Below are positions 39,802 through 49,214 of a DNA stretch of 64,000 nucleotides, piece by piece. A program made the translations under genes and the position numbers. Numbering within the stretch: position 1 is the first letter of the stretch; the number at the start of each line of letters is the position of its first letter. Location: contig JBGAHS010000010.1 of the NCBI GenBank assembly GCA_044226015.1, forward strand, positions 96,001 through 160,000, given 5' to 3'. The DNA is from Candidatus Obscuribacteraceae bacterium (GTDB lineage: Bacteria > Cyanobacteriota > Vampirovibrionia > Obscuribacterales > Obscuribacteraceae). The notes under the pieces were generated by a model, which saw nothing but the letters and a program-made list of their open reading frames with translations, ran no database searches and was not told where the DNA came from.

Positions 39802-39816
39802 TTTGTTGGCTTACAT

Positions 39817-40602
39817 CTACTTTGCCTTCTTTTCTGCAACCAACAAGAGTTTGTCTGAGCCCAGCACATAAGGGTCTGCCTCGGTAGATGAATATAGCTC
39901 AAGTATTTCAAAGCCAGCTTGAGTAAGCATCGTGCAAACTTCCCCAGTACTGAAAATCCAGTGTCGCGCAGTCTTCGTTTGTGTGGCACCGTCAGTGATG
40001 AACGTGAAATCCGTTTCTAAACTGCTAGTCTTGCAATCATACTTGTTTTCCACAAGCATGAAAGTTTTGCCAACTTGCGTCCATTCTTTTTCGGCTCCAT
40101 TTACAAGAAATGACTCGGACAGCATCTCAGTTTCCAGTACGAATCGCGCAGATGGCTTTAATGCATCTGCTATCGAACTCAAGAACTTCGCAGTGCCTTC
40201 TCTATCAAAATATCCGAAACTGTTGCCCATGCAAAATGCACCATCGAACTCACTTCGCCAGGGCAGACTACGCATATCTCCTTGTTGAAATCTGCAATTT
40301 ACTTCACTTGCTATTGCCGCTGTTTTCGCCTCTTCTACAAACTCAATACTAAAATCAATTCCCTGGACTTCAAACTCAAGCAGCCCCAGTGGAATACTCA
40401 ATCGTCCGTTTCCACAAGGGACATCCAATAATTTGCAGTTTTCAAATACCTGTAAGAACTCACAGAGGAATTCAATTTCTTCCTGTGTTTGTTCTAACGG
40501 AATCGCCCGGCGCCATAGGTCAAGTGTTGCACCTGTATAGAATTCGGCAAACCAGTTCTCGCTTTCGCCCGTTTTTGACATCGTTACTCCTTCGGAAGCC
40601 AT
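39817..40602 (-). CDS. Class I SAM-dependent methyltransferase
   Basis: LLDVPCGNGR, GIDFS, GDMR, FD and NSFGYF motifs. Confidence 0.9.
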   Translation of the reverse strand: MASEGVTMSKTGESENWFAEFYTGATLDLWRRAIPLEQTQEEIEFLCEFLQVFENCKLLDVPCGNGRLSIPLGLLEFEVQGIDFSIEFVEEAKTAAIASEVNCRFQQGDMRSLPWRSEFDGAFCMGNSFGYFDREGTAKFLSSIADALKPSARFVLETEMLSESFLVNGAEKEWTQVGKTFMLVENKYDCKTSSLETDFTFITDGATQTKTARHWIFSTGEVCTMLTQAGFEILELYSSTEADPYVLGSDKLLLVAEKKAK

Positions 40603-40780
40603 GATTTTAGCAAATTGCGGCTTGCTTCATCGATGGAAAATTGCCTCCTCATACCTTCGCCGTTAATTCCATGGTGGTATTGGACAATAAGTCGGCGGGG
40701 TTAACCCTACATTTTCTTCCGCAGTTTAGACCTCAGAAGAGGAGGTCCGAAATGCAATAATTTCAACAGTATCTTGGAGA

Positions 40781-43700
40781 TTGTCTATGTCACGTCAGTG
40801 GATCTATTTAGGGCTGTCAGTTTCTGCCGCATGTGCGGTCATACTTCTCAGCTTAAGCTGCGCTAATTCAAACCAATTAGAAGTTCCAGTGGGGAAAAAC
40901 GATAAGATGAGAACTAATGAGAAACTAACATCAGCACTCGGTGGCGAGCAAAGATATCTCACTTTTGTAAGTACAGACAAACCAATCTATAAAATTGGCG
41001 AAAAGGTTTATGTGAAAGGTGTACTGTTGAGCGCAGGCAGTCACAAACCTCTCGATGATAAAACCACTGTTCGTCCGCACATTCAAATTCTTGGTCCAAA
41101 AGGAGATGTGATCGCATCCGGGGGAAGCTCGACAAATGAGAGCATTTGGTCCTTTGGCTGGGATGTTCCAGCAGGACAGGCTGGCGGTGAATATAAGGTT
41201 AAAGTAACTTATCCTTCTGAAGGTTATTGCCCTGCGGAAAGAAAATTCGATGTGCGCGCCTACAGGGCACCAAGGCTGAAATCCCAGATCACATTTATGA
41301 GAGATGGCTACGCTCCGGGAGATAAAGTCACAGCAACACTCGATGTTCATCGTGCCGAAGGTGGCGCGCCCGTAGGAGCTAATGTTTCAGTAAATGCGGT
41401 AGTTGACGGCATTTCGCTGAGTGGAACCTCGTCAAAAGTTGATCAGAATGGATTGGCTTCCATTAGTTTTGACCTTCCGAATAATATTCCGCGCGGCGAA
41501 GGAACTCTTGCGCTTGCCATCGAAGATGGTGGCGTGCTTGAAACAGCATCTAAGACTATTCCCATCCTGATGCAAACCGTTGATCTGCAAATTTTTCCCG
41601 AGGGCGGAGAGCTGGTTTCTGGTTTCAAAAACAGAGTGTACATTCAAGCTAAACAACCGAACGGTAAACCCGCAGATCTAGCTGGGAAAATAATCTGTGA
41701 AAGCGATAACTCTACAGCAGGTTCTTTTAAGACAGAGCACGAAGGACGAGGAAGGTTTGAGTTTAGTCCAGAGCGCGGTAAGAAATACTATTTGACCATA
41801 GATCAACCTTCGGGAATTAAGACGCGCTTCAAATTGCCTGAGGTAATAGCAAGCGGAGCTGTAATTAAAACGGATAAGGATGTCTACGATAAGGCAAGCC
41901 CAATCAAAGTTCACATCGGGTGCAGCGAGAAAGAATATCGGGTGAGCATCTCACAAAAGGAACATGAGCTTGCAGCACAAATAGTTGATAATTCTGTTTC
42001 GGGGAAATCGCAAGCGCTGTCATTTGATTTGCCCGAAAATATTGACGGCGTCTTGACGCTTACGGTTTGGAGCAAAGATGACAAACCACTAGCTGAAAGA
42101 CTTCTGTTCCGCCGTTCAGCTCATCCATTGAATATCACTTTGAAAACGGACATGGACCATTATGTTCCTGGTGATCAAGCTAAAGTTACGGTAAAAGCTA
42201 CTGACGATAAAGGCAAACCTGTTTCAGCAGTTGTAGGTTTGACTATTACAGATGATAGCGTTCTTGAAATGATTGAAAAACGTGAACAGGCGCCTCGTCT
42301 TCCAGTTATGGTATATCTGGAACCCGAAGTAGAAGACTTGGCTGATGCCCATGTTTACATGGACGAGACCAACCCAAATGCCGGAATGGCGACCGACCTC
42401 TTGTTAGGAACTCAGGGGTGGCGTCGGTTTGCCCTAAAAAACTTAAGTGAATTTGTTGCTAGCCATGGTGACAAAGCTAGAAGGGCTGTTGCCCTCAAAA
42501 TCGTTGTGCCCAGCGAGCAACAGGCTGCATGGCACGGTGGTGGCGTGGCTTTCGCTGTTCCACCAGGCGGAATTGCAGATATGAATGCTGTGCGGGCAAT
42601 GCCAGTACCAATGCCGTTAGCTGCTCCTGTGCCTGAAGCTGTGCCTAAATCTGCCGTGCTGGCGATAAAGGAAAATAAGCCAGTGGCAAAACAAGAAGTC
42701 GCAATGGATATGCCAGTTGGTGAATTGAAAAAAATTGCTCAAGCTAAAGATGCCTTCGCTGATGGTGATCAAGGGAAATTGCAAGATGCAATAATGGTCG
42801 CTGATAAGCGCGCTCGTAGAGCGGTTGGTGCTGGATTTGGAGTAGCATTTGACGAAATAGCCCCTGTTAGAAATGATTTTGTTTTTGTTCGTGAATATGC
42901 ACACCAAAACAGAGAAAATAGAGAAGCTAATGATCGCCGTGATTTTACCGAAACTGTTTACTGGAATGCCGGTGTAAAGACGGATGCCACCACAGGTGAG
43001 GCGACTGTTAGTTTTGCCTTGAATGACAGTGTGACGACTTTCAGAATGTTTGCTGACGGGTTTACTCAGGGTGGAGCCATTGGTTCAACTAGCGGTGGCA
43101 TTGAGTCTGTAAGACCATTCTATGCTGAGGCGAAGTTGCCCCTGGAAGTTACGGCGGGTGATCAGATTCTCCTTCCCATCAGTCTTGTTAATTCTGGCAC
43201 CAGTGATCTCACCGAGTTGGGTGTGGGCGTCAATTTGACTGGAGACTTCAAACTAATGGACCTGCAGAGAGTTTCCCAATCTCTCAAAGCCAACGAAAGA
43301 CAACGTTGGATTCAACCAATCAATGTAGGATTTGGAAATGGAAACAAAGAATTTGTTTTAGACACTAAGGCTGGCAAGTATTCCGACAAAGTGACCCGCA
43401 CTCTGCTGGTTAAGCCTAAAGGATTCCCAATAGAAGTGCCTTGCTCTGGTATTTTGGAGGCTGGCAAACCCGCCATTCACACCATCAAGATTCCGGCTGC
43501 GCTCGTGACAGATAGTATTGTTTGTAATACCGCAGTTTATCCTACACCGCTGGCTAATATGACAGAGGCGCTTCAACGTTTAATTCAAGATCCCTATGGT
43601 TGTTTTGAGCAGACCTCCTCAACAAGCTATCCACTGACCATGGCTCAACAATATTTCGTGTCGCATACTGGTGTAGATCCGAAATTAGTGCAAAGTTCTA

Positions 43701-45016
43701 AAGAGAAGTTAGACGCCGGATATAAGCGTCTAGTTAGTTTCTGGTGTCCAGATAAAGGTTACGAATGGTTTGGCGAGAATCCAGGACATGAGGCTCTAAC
43801 AGCTTTCGGTTTATTGCATTTTTCCGATATGTCACAAGTTCGCGATGTCGATAAGACCATGGTGTCTTCAACTCGTGAATGGTTGCTTAAGCAAAGAGAT
43901 GGCAAAGGTGGATTCAATCGCAAACGCCGCGCATTACATTCATGGATTGAGGACAAAGACTGTTCTGATGCTTATATCACCTGGGCGCTGCTTGAGACAG
44001 GTGTACCGCGTGGAGATCTTTCTGCAGAAATTGATCGCCTCAAAATAGCAGCAAAAGAAAGCAAGAATTCTTATGTAAAAGCACTTGCTGCGATTGCTTT
44101 CATCAAGGCTGGTGAAGCAAGCACTGCTGCGCCTCTTCTAGACGAGCTTGCAAAGAAACAGAAGCCAGATGGTAGCGTAGACAGTATTACTGCTTCCATC
44201 GTTGGGTCCGGCGGCGAGTCGCTAATCATTGAAGGAACTTCACTTGCTACCTTAGCCTGGATGTCCGACCCACGCTATACGGGCAACGTCGAGCGCAGCA
44301 TAAAATTCCTTGCTGATTCCTGTCAATCTGGAAGATATGGCTCAACTCAAGCCACGGTTCTTGCTCTACGCGCCATCGTTCAATACGATAAGAATAGAGC
44401 AAGACCAAAGGCAGATGGCAAAGTAAGGGTATTTGTAGATGGACATGCAGTTGGTGATTGGGTTGAATTCACCCCCACAACGCAAGGTGCAATTAAGCTC
44501 CCCGACATTAGTGAATTGTTGACGCCGGGTGAGCATAAATTGGAGTTGCGAATGGAAGGTGGAGGAGCCATGCCATATTCGATGTCCGTGAATTACAATA
44601 CAACTCTTCCAGTAAGCTCAGCAGATTGTAAGTTGGATATTGCTGTGAAACTTGCCGCAGACAAATTGCAAGAAGGCAGTGCGACTGTAGCAAATGTCGT
44701 TGTTCAAAATAAAACCGCTGAAGTTGTGCCCACACCTGTTGCCATTTTGGGGCTACCAGGTGGTCTTGAACCTCGGCATGACCAACTCAAAGAACTCGTG
44801 AAGAAGGGCACCATCGCAGCATATGAAGTTATAGGCAGAGAAGTCGTACTCTATTGGCGCGACATGCAGCCAAACGAGAAAGTTGAGGTGCCTGTCTCTC
44901 TGATTGCAGCGATTCCGGGTAAATACAAGGCTCCGGCAAGTCGAGCCTATCTGTATTACACCGACGAGAATAAGACGTGGGTAGACGGTCTAGAGGTTGA
45001 GATTGCTGCCAAGTAA
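40781..45016 (+). CDS. Alpha-2-macroglobulin family protein with an intact thioester motif (probable lipoprotein)
   Basis: TDKPIY.GE (MG2), FPEGG, RRDFTET.YW, PYGCFEQ, STQAT.LAL and AYLYY motifs; LSC lipobox-like N-terminus. Confidence 0.92.
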   Translation: MSMSRQWIYLGLSVSAACAVILLSLSCANSNQLEVPVGKNDKMRTNEKLTSALGGEQRYLTFVSTDKPIYKIGEKVYVKGVLLSAGSHKPLDDKTTVRPHIQILGPKGDVIASGGSSTNESIWSFGWDVPAGQAGGEYKVKVTYPSEGYCPAERKFDVRAYRAPRLKSQITFMRDGYAPGDKVTATLDVHRAEGGAPVGANVSVNAVVDGISLSGTSSKVDQNGLASISFDLPNNIPRGEGTLALAIEDGGVLETASKTIPILMQTVDLQIFPEGGELVSGFKNRVYIQAKQPNGKPADLAGKIICESDNSTAGSFKTEHEGRGRFEFSPERGKKYYLTIDQPSGIKTRFKLPEVIASGAVIKTDKDVYDKASPIKVHIGCSEKEYRVSISQKEHELAAQIVDNSVSGKSQALSFDLPENIDGVLTLTVWSKDDKPLAERLLFRRSAHPLNITLKTDMDHYVPGDQAKVTVKATDDKGKPVSAVVGLTITDDSVLEMIEKREQAPRLPVMVYLEPEVEDLADAHVYMDETNPNAGMATDLLLGTQGWRRFALKNLSEFVASHGDKARRAVALKIVVPSEQQAAWHGGGVAFAVPPGGIADMNAVRAMPVPMPLAAPVPEAVPKSAVLAIKENKPVAKQEVAMDMPVGELKKIAQAKDAFADGDQGKLQDAIMVADKRARRAVGAGFGVAFDEIAPVRNDFVFVREYAHQNRENREANDRRDFTETVYWNAGVKTDATTGEATVSFALNDSVTTFRMFADGFTQGGAIGSTSGGIESVRPFYAEAKLPLEVTAGDQILLPISLVNSGTSDLTELGVGVNLTGDFKLMDLQRVSQSLKANERQRWIQPINVGFGNGNKEFVLDTKAGKYSDKVTRTLLVKPKGFPIEVPCSGILEAGKPAIHTIKIPAALVTDSIVCNTAVYPTPLANMTEALQRLIQDPYGCFEQTSSTSYPLTMAQQYFVSHTGVDPKLVQSSKEKLDAGYKRLVSFWCPDKGYEWFGENPGHEALTAFGLLHFSDMSQVRDVDKTMVSSTREWLLKQRDGKGGFNRKRRALHSWIEDKDCSDAYITWALLETGVPRGDLSAEIDRLKIAAKESKNSYVKALAAIAFIKAGEASTAAPLLDELAKKQKPDGSVDSITASIVGSGGESLIIEGTSLATLAWMSDPRYTGNVERSIKFLADSCQSGRYGSTQATVLALRAIVQYDKNRARPKADGKVRVFVDGHAVGDWVEFTPTTQGAIKLPDISELLTPGEHKLELRMEGGGAMPYSMSVNYNTTLPVSSADCKLDIAVKLAADKLQEGSATVANVVVQNKTAEVVPTPVAILGLPGGLEPRHDQLKELVKKGTIAAYEVIGREVVLYWRDMQPNEKVEVPVSLIAAIPGKYKAPASRAYLYYTDENKTWVDGLEVEIAAK

Positions 45017-45127
45017 TGCCCGCTGCCTTGAATTGTAGATTCAGAATTAAGACTTGCTTACAGCCCCGGGGCGCCTGCGGTATATGGGTTAGGCTAATGA
45101 CTGAAAAATAGTTTCAAGGAGCATCTC

Positions 45128-45988
45128 ATGCGTAACCCTGCAGTTCCCGAGTCGCTAGATAGTTGGTGGATTCTTCACCGCATGTTCGCATTTGATCGTC
45201 TTGCCTGGGACAAATTACAACAAGACGAACGCACGGGAATAATCAAAGAAGCTATCGCCGCCTTCGAAAAATTGAAGAACGGCGCTGAAACCGACCTCGG
45301 TTTAGCCCAGATGTTGGGACATAAAGCTGATTTGATGCTTACACACTACAGCAAGAATTACGAGGGACTTGCACACGCTCAAACGGTGCTCGATAAGCTT
45401 CATCTTTCTGAATTCCTGATTGCGACGACTTCATATGTTTCGATTTTGGAACTTGGACTGTATGATGCGACCGGCAAAATCCACGCCACTCTGGCAGAAC
45501 AAGGTTTGGCTCCTCATTCTGATGAATGGACGAAGGCTTTTGACGAGTGGCTCGCTGGACAGGAAAAGGTTCCTCATCATGCCGGACGCCTCTGGGCTCG
45601 CATACCTCAACGTCGTTATGTGTGCTTCTACCCAATGAACAAGAAGCGCGGCGAAGAAGTGAATTGGTACATGTTGCCATTCGGCGAACGCGCAAAATTG
45701 ATGCTTGATCATGGACGTATTGGACGTACCTTCAGCGGACTAGTCACCCAAGTTATTTCTGGTTCGATTGGCTACGATGAGTTTGAATGGGGCGTAGACC
45801 TCTACTCTGACGATCCGGTTGTATTCAAGAAACTTGTGTACGAAATGCGATTTGATGAAGCCAGCGCTAAATATGGCGAATTTGGCGACTTCTATTCTGG
45901 TGTTCAATTCTCAATCGACCAGTTGGCTACATACCTCGATGGAGATGCTGTTCCTGCTTTGAATACACTTCAGACATCGCATCGCTAG
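45128..45988 (+). CDS. hemQ: Coproheme decarboxylase (chlorite dismutase family)
   Basis: GHKADL, YVS..EL..Y, FYPMNK.R, NWYML, HG.IGR, EWGV and MRFDEAS..Y motifs. Confidence 0.85.
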   Translation: MRNPAVPESLDSWWILHRMFAFDRLAWDKLQQDERTGIIKEAIAAFEKLKNGAETDLGLAQMLGHKADLMLTHYSKNYEGLAHAQTVLDKLHLSEFLIATTSYVSILELGLYDATGKIHATLAEQGLAPHSDEWTKAFDEWLAGQEKVPHHAGRLWARIPQRRYVCFYPMNKKRGEEVNWYMLPFGERAKLMLDHGRIGRTFSGLVTQVISGSIGYDEFEWGVDLYSDDPVVFKKLVYEMRFDEASAKYGEFGDFYSGVQFSIDQLATYLDGDAVPALNTLQTSHR

Positions 45989-46018
45989 TAAGCTGAAATC
46001 GAGTTAAGTAAAAACGTG

Positions 46019-46046
46019 TGAGACGCGCTTAATTAGCGCGTCTCAT
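46019..46046. terminator. Hairpin after hemQ
   Basis: TGAGACGCGCT-TAATT-AGCGCGTCTCA. Confidence 0.55.
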
Positions 46047-46316
46047 TAGTATTACCCGCAATTGATCCACAGATTGGAGAGTCATCGAAAAGCTGTGTCC
46101 TCAGCCTTCTATAGTCCTGACTTTTTACGACCGTAAGATTGGCAATTCGTACTGCACGTTTATACATATAGCTTTGAGTTTGACATTCCTAAAGTGAACT
46201 TGGGGAGCGTTTAGTTCTTTCTGCATTGCCGATTTTCAATAATCGCAAGCTGATGCTGAGACTAAGCGGATGGCGTGAACTAATTTACGTTGAGTGAAAG
46301 CTCAACAGGAGAAACC

Positions 46317-48986
46317 ATGGCTGAACTGGAAAAAGATTCAAACACGAAGAATGAAGCGCACTCAAAACCAAATTCCCACTTGGCTGCAGAAGCCATGGAA
46401 GACTACCAGATCGGTGATAAGACAGTTCGATTACCCGGTGGGTTTCAGAGGAATGAACCAAAAGAAGATCGCACATATTTTCCGGCGCCAGACCTGAACA
46501 AAAACCTTGTTCCGAAAGGAAGTCCTGATGCCACCACAGGTGCGGCGCCTCGTGGCACTCTAGACTCACTCAAGCATAACGTTGGTGAAACAATAGGTGA
46601 TATTCTTGGCTATTCTGTGCGCTGGAAGGCGCAGCTAGCAGACAAATTCACTCAAGATAAATCATGGGAAGAATTTGGCAAAGACCGTAGCTTCTTTGGA
46701 CGAGCTCTAGATCTTGCGCGTCCAGTTAATCGAAGAAATCAGATTGAAGATCATAACCTGCAATCTGCCTACCCGAAAAACGAACAAACAGGTCATGTGT
46801 CAAAAGACATGGCGTGCTCGGCCGCATCTGAGGTCTCAAGAAGTGTTGATGGTACATGCAATGATTTGAAAGACCCGGCAATGGGCGCAGCTGGAACACG
46901 CTTCCAGTACAATACTCGTCCTGACGATAAATACGCAATAAACGATCCACCATTGATGGATGCTGCAAAGCTGTTGGATCGAAAGGAATTTAAAGAGCTA
47001 CCAGTATTGAATCTTCTTGGTGTTGCCTCTCTGCAAGGCAATGTTCATGACTGGATGGATCATGGCAAACACCAGAATATGGCTGGTGGCATGCACACGA
47101 TTGAACTTCCTGATGATCATCCTATTCGACAAAAGTACGGTCAAACGGAAATGAAGATTCCGAAGCTTTTGATCGATTCGACCCGCACCGAAAGTGATGG
47201 CAAAGAACAGATTCGGCAGACTTATGAGAACACTGTCACTCACTGGTGGGACGCCTCTGAAATTTATGGCTCTGACGCAGAAACCGCATCAAGGCTTCGT
47301 GCTCATAAAGATGGCAAAATGCGTCTCACCGACGATGGATTGCTTCCTATAGGCCCGCAAGGAGTGCCAGACACAGGGTTTAACCAGAACTGGAATCCTC
47401 TTCTTGAAGTGGTGCATACGCTTTACGTTCGAGAGCATAATTCTGTTGCTGATATGCTCACGAAAGCATATCCACAAAAAGATTTTGAGCAATGGAAGGG
47501 CAAGTTGCCCGAAATACTCAAACCTATGTTCGGTGAAAAGCTGCCCGACAAGCTAAGCGATGAACAATACGATGAATTTATCTATAGTCGCGCTCGGCTC
47601 ATCACCGCCGCAGAAAAGGCGAAGATTCACACCGTTGATTGGACGCCAGTCGCTCTGAACAATCCAACAATGACTGAAGCTATGCGCGACAACTACGGGC
47701 AAGAGAAAGTCGGCTGGAGAGCAAACGTCAACGAACATGAAATTGGCGGTATCTGGGGCAACAAAACTCATCAAGCTGGTGTTCCCTATGCGATGGAAGA
47801 AGACTTTGTGCAGTCGTATCAGCAGATGCATGGGCTGGTTCCTGATCAGTTCAAACTTTATGACCACAACTCTGGCAAGCAAATTGCTGATATCCCCATG
47901 GGAGCAGCCTTGCAGGCAAACTCACGCAAAGTCATTGAAGCAGCTGGCTTTGATAATGTTCTCTATTCCATGGGAGTCGATAAGGCGGGTCAGATAACTG
48001 CTGGCAACCATCCGAATTTTATGCGCGATTTGAACGTTCGTGGCAATTATGTCGATATGGCCGCGGTTGATATTTTGCGCGGGCGTGAGAAACATCTGCC
48101 AAGGTACAACGAATACTTGCGGCAGATGCATGAAAAACCTGTTAGCAGTTTCGAAGAACTGGTTCCCAATAACGTTGAATTGCGCGAAGCTATTCGCAAA
48201 GTCTACAACAATGATATTGAGAAAGTTGATACCGTCATCGGTTCATTGGCTGAATGGCCGGATCGCACTCCCAAGACAATGGGATTCTCTGCTTCGACTT
48301 TCCTCGAGTTTATATTGATGGCGTCTCGCAGAGTCCAGGCTGACCGCTTCTACACTGAAGACTTTCGTCCCGAAATATATACTCCCGAGGGAATCGCCAG
48401 AATTCGTAATCTCAATGGTATGCGGGACGTAATCGAGCGCAACGCTCCAAATCTAAAAGAAGCTGTGAGCACCAGAGATAGTTCCTTCCACCCTCTCGGA
48501 AAGGATCCAATTCCGCTGAATAACTCAGGCATCGATATGTTGCCCACCAATGACCTGCAATCACAGCTTGCCGCTTTCGATGCAGATCGAAATGGTGAGC
48601 TGAGCTACGGAGAGTTAGCCGATGGATATAGAGCAATGGGCTATAACGCTGCGCACGCCTACTTGAAAGCTGCTGATGCTCGCTACCAATTCGGTAAGGT
48701 TATTGCTGATTTTAAGCCAACTACCGCAGGAATTTATAAAGCAGATGGCAGTATAGATCAGACTCGAATTGATTCGCTTTTCAAAGGGCGCGACTCTGTG
48801 TCTATTTCTGAGGCTGAGAATTTTGCTGGACTACGCTCAAATGGACCTGTGTCACAGGAATTTGCACTGAGCCAACTCGGTGTTCTAAAGTCCGCTGGGT
48901 CAAAATCAGTCACCAGAGACGCTTTCGTCAAGGCGATGAGAGGCGACATCTTGCGCCAGAAGATCGCAGAACAGAAAGCAAAATAG
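46317..48986 (+). CDS. Peroxidase-cyclooxygenase superfamily heme protein (alpha-dioxygenase-like) with a C-terminal EF-hand/caleosin-like domain
   Basis: RSVDGTCNDL..P.MG, HDWMDH, THWWDASEIYG, EHN, AKIHTVDWT, MH..PD and MASRR.ADRF motifs; EF-hand DADRNGELSYGE; AGGAG before ATG 46317. Confidence 0.88.
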   Translation: MAELEKDSNTKNEAHSKPNSHLAAEAMEDYQIGDKTVRLPGGFQRNEPKEDRTYFPAPDLNKNLVPKGSPDATTGAAPRGTLDSLKHNVGETIGDILGYSVRWKAQLADKFTQDKSWEEFGKDRSFFGRALDLARPVNRRNQIEDHNLQSAYPKNEQTGHVSKDMACSAASEVSRSVDGTCNDLKDPAMGAAGTRFQYNTRPDDKYAINDPPLMDAAKLLDRKEFKELPVLNLLGVASLQGNVHDWMDHGKHQNMAGGMHTIELPDDHPIRQKYGQTEMKIPKLLIDSTRTESDGKEQIRQTYENTVTHWWDASEIYGSDAETASRLRAHKDGKMRLTDDGLLPIGPQGVPDTGFNQNWNPLLEVVHTLYVREHNSVADMLTKAYPQKDFEQWKGKLPEILKPMFGEKLPDKLSDEQYDEFIYSRARLITAAEKAKIHTVDWTPVALNNPTMTEAMRDNYGQEKVGWRANVNEHEIGGIWGNKTHQAGVPYAMEEDFVQSYQQMHGLVPDQFKLYDHNSGKQIADIPMGAALQANSRKVIEAAGFDNVLYSMGVDKAGQITAGNHPNFMRDLNVRGNYVDMAAVDILRGREKHLPRYNEYLRQMHEKPVSSFEELVPNNVELREAIRKVYNNDIEKVDTVIGSLAEWPDRTPKTMGFSASTFLEFILMASRRVQADRFYTEDFRPEIYTPEGIARIRNLNGMRDVIERNAPNLKEAVSTRDSSFHPLGKDPIPLNNSGIDMLPTNDLQSQLAAFDADRNGELSYGELADGYRAMGYNAAHAYLKAADARYQFGKVIADFKPTTAGIYKADGSIDQTRIDSLFKGRDSVSISEAENFAGLRSNGPVSQEFALSQLGVLKSAGSKSVTRDAFVKAMRGDILRQKIAEQKAK

Positions 48987-49214
48987 GTATGAAGTGGAAT
49001 CCGTATGGGAACGCCGGCTTCCGGGCTGGGAGCAACTGCATCTCTATTTCGTACTAGCTAAGTTCATGAATCCAAAAGCCGCCCGGATTGCGGCGCTCAC
49101 AGGTGTAAGAGTCCCCTTATCCCAGGCAATATCTCACCCGCAAGAAGAGCACTTCTATGAGAGGTGCCCTTCTTTGTTTCATTCAGTCATCGCTTTAAAC
49201 AAGCGCTAACTGAC

